From an uncultured virus (IMG/VR IMGVR_UViG_3300029267_004181) (Duplodnaviria > Heunggongvirae > Uroviricota > Caudoviricetes), in IMG/VR virus record IMGVR_UViG_3300029267_004181: a stretch of 64,000 nt of DNA. One strand, 5' to 3'. Of this stretch, positions 62,992 through 64,000 are shown in pieces. Position numbers and translations under genes: made by a program. Position 1 is the first letter of the stretch. The number at the start of each line of letters is the position of its first letter. The notes under the pieces were generated by a model. That model was not told the DNA's origin, did no database searches, and saw nothing but the letters and a program-made list of their open reading frames with translations.

Positions 62992-64000
62992 TTAACTCCG
63001 AAGCCGAATCAGATCCAACGCAGCCGAGACCTGGCCAGTCTGAAAACCTCGGGCTATGTCCTGATCGAGCGCCCGCGACAAATGCTCGCGAATCAACTCG
63101 TTCGACGCTTCCTTGCTGATCCCGCGCTCAGCGTACTCCTTGGCAGCCTTGATGGCGTAGCCGCGCATGAGAGCCTCGGCTTGCTTGACAGTAGGAAGAG
63201 GCGCATTCGCAGCTACCTGCAACTCCTCTTCCGTAGGCTCCTCTTCCGTAGGCCCCTCAGCAGGCGCTTCTGCGGGCGCTTCTGCCGGCGAGCCAGCAGC
63301 CTGAGCAGCTTCCTGCGCAGCATCAACAATAGCCTTGGCAACGACTTCCTCTACCTCGGATAGTGGCACGCCCTGATCCACCTTGTCAACCACGTCAGCA
63401 ATCGCCTGATCAGCCAAGGTGTCAACATCCGCACCAGCCTCAGCACCAGCCAGCGCTTCAGGAGCAGCGCCGCCTTCCGGCAAGGCACCAGATTCCATCG
63501 CTCCGGCTATCTCGTCAGCAATGGCGGCTTCTTCAGGAGACAAAGGAGCACCAGACTCGGCCTTCTGAGAAATATCAGCGACTACCTGATCCGCACCAGT
63601 CGTGGTCTCACCCCCGCCCTCGGCCATCGATATGGCCTCCTCAATGGCCGCAGCCACCGGCTCCTCTTCAGGCGCCAGGGGCTCGCCTGCAACCATCTTG
63701 CCTGCCACATCCTGAATCAAGCTGTCTACCGCGGCATCAGCACCAGGCGCTTCACCAGCCAACATCGCAGCATCATCCTGACCCTGCTTGATAGCCTGCG
63801 CAACCTTGTCCAGAACAGACGCCTGCAACCGCGCTACCTCGGCAGTCGCTTCAGCCAGCTTATACCCGGCTTCCTCCTGCTCCTTGTTGGCTGCAACCGC
63901 GGCCTTGATACTCTCAAGATCGATAACGCTCTCTGTCTTCTCGGGCTCGGCTTTCTGCTTGTCAGCCTTCGCAGCCTTGACCTCGGCCGTCGACTCGTCA
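62992..64000 (-). CDS. Acidic Ala/Glu-rich scaffold or internal head protein (5' truncated by the window)
   Basis: Frame is open from 63999 to the stop at 62992. Three internal repeats of D-x-x-x-K-x-x-x-G-x-PL-x-x-x-E. Confidence 0.7.
   Translation of the reverse strand, partial: DESTAEVKAAKADKQKAEPEKTESVIDLESIKAAVAANKEQEEAGYKLAEATAEVARLQASVLDKVAQAIKQGQDDAAMLAGEAPGADAAVDSLIQDVAGKMVAGEPLAPEEEPVAAAIEEAISMAEGGGETTTGADQVVADISQKAESGAPLSPEEAAIADEIAGAMESGALPEGGAAPEALAGAEAGADVDTLADQAIADVVDKVDQGVPLSEVEEVVAKAIVDAAQEAAQAAGSPAEAPAEAPAEGPTEEEPTEEELQVAANAPLPTVKQAEALMRGYAIKAAKEYAERGISKEASNELIREHLSRALDQDIARGFQTGQVSAALDLIRLRS

Noticed and set aside
1..64000. Prophage boundaries, integrase, transposase, reverse transcriptase/DGR, or a bacterial contractile injection system
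   Set aside because: No such genes or att-like repeats were seen. Capsid-type genes and phage-style accessory genes favour a true phage over a tailocin or eCIS. Terminase and portal genes are not visible and presumably lie outside the window.

Overview
A 64-kb slice of a large contractile-tailed (myovirus-type) phage genome. Almost every gene is on the minus strand, and no host housekeeping genes, integrase or att site are visible. (1) 181-5917 is an RNA-centred island. It holds an RlaP-type Pol-beta nucleotidyltransferase, an ATP-dependent RNA ligase and a Ro60/TROVE protein (Rsr). Directly after Ro60 come a tRNA-mimicking YrlA-type Y RNA, a 30-nt minimal hairpin and a tandem array of four short Y-like RNAs. 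These share one conserved, covarying scaffold but carry different small loops, several of them anticodon-like. All other intergenic gaps in the island are filled with strongly base-paired candidate ncRNAs (1171-1432, 2348-2760, 5262-5917). (2) 5986-15875 is a string of small, translationally coupled accessory genes: MazG-like, Zn-finger, tandem paralogs, pentapeptide repeat, a small methyltransferase and Imm5-like. (3) 16103-17617 is a lone plus-strand gene ending at a bidirectional terminator. (4) 17686-64000 is the virion module: capsid, head-tail, sheath, tube, spike, frameshifted tail chaperones, a split tape measure, baseplate, a sigma factor and tail-fibre-like proteins, ending near a two-domain glycosyltransferase. 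Twelve proteins of this module carry poly-serine tracts. Best candidates for an undescribed system: the Ro60 / Y-RNA-array / ligase / RlaP island, and poly-Ser tagging of virion proteins next to a phage glycosyltransferase. All calls were made by eye from motifs, hand-checked base pairing and gene order; no searches or folding programs were run.
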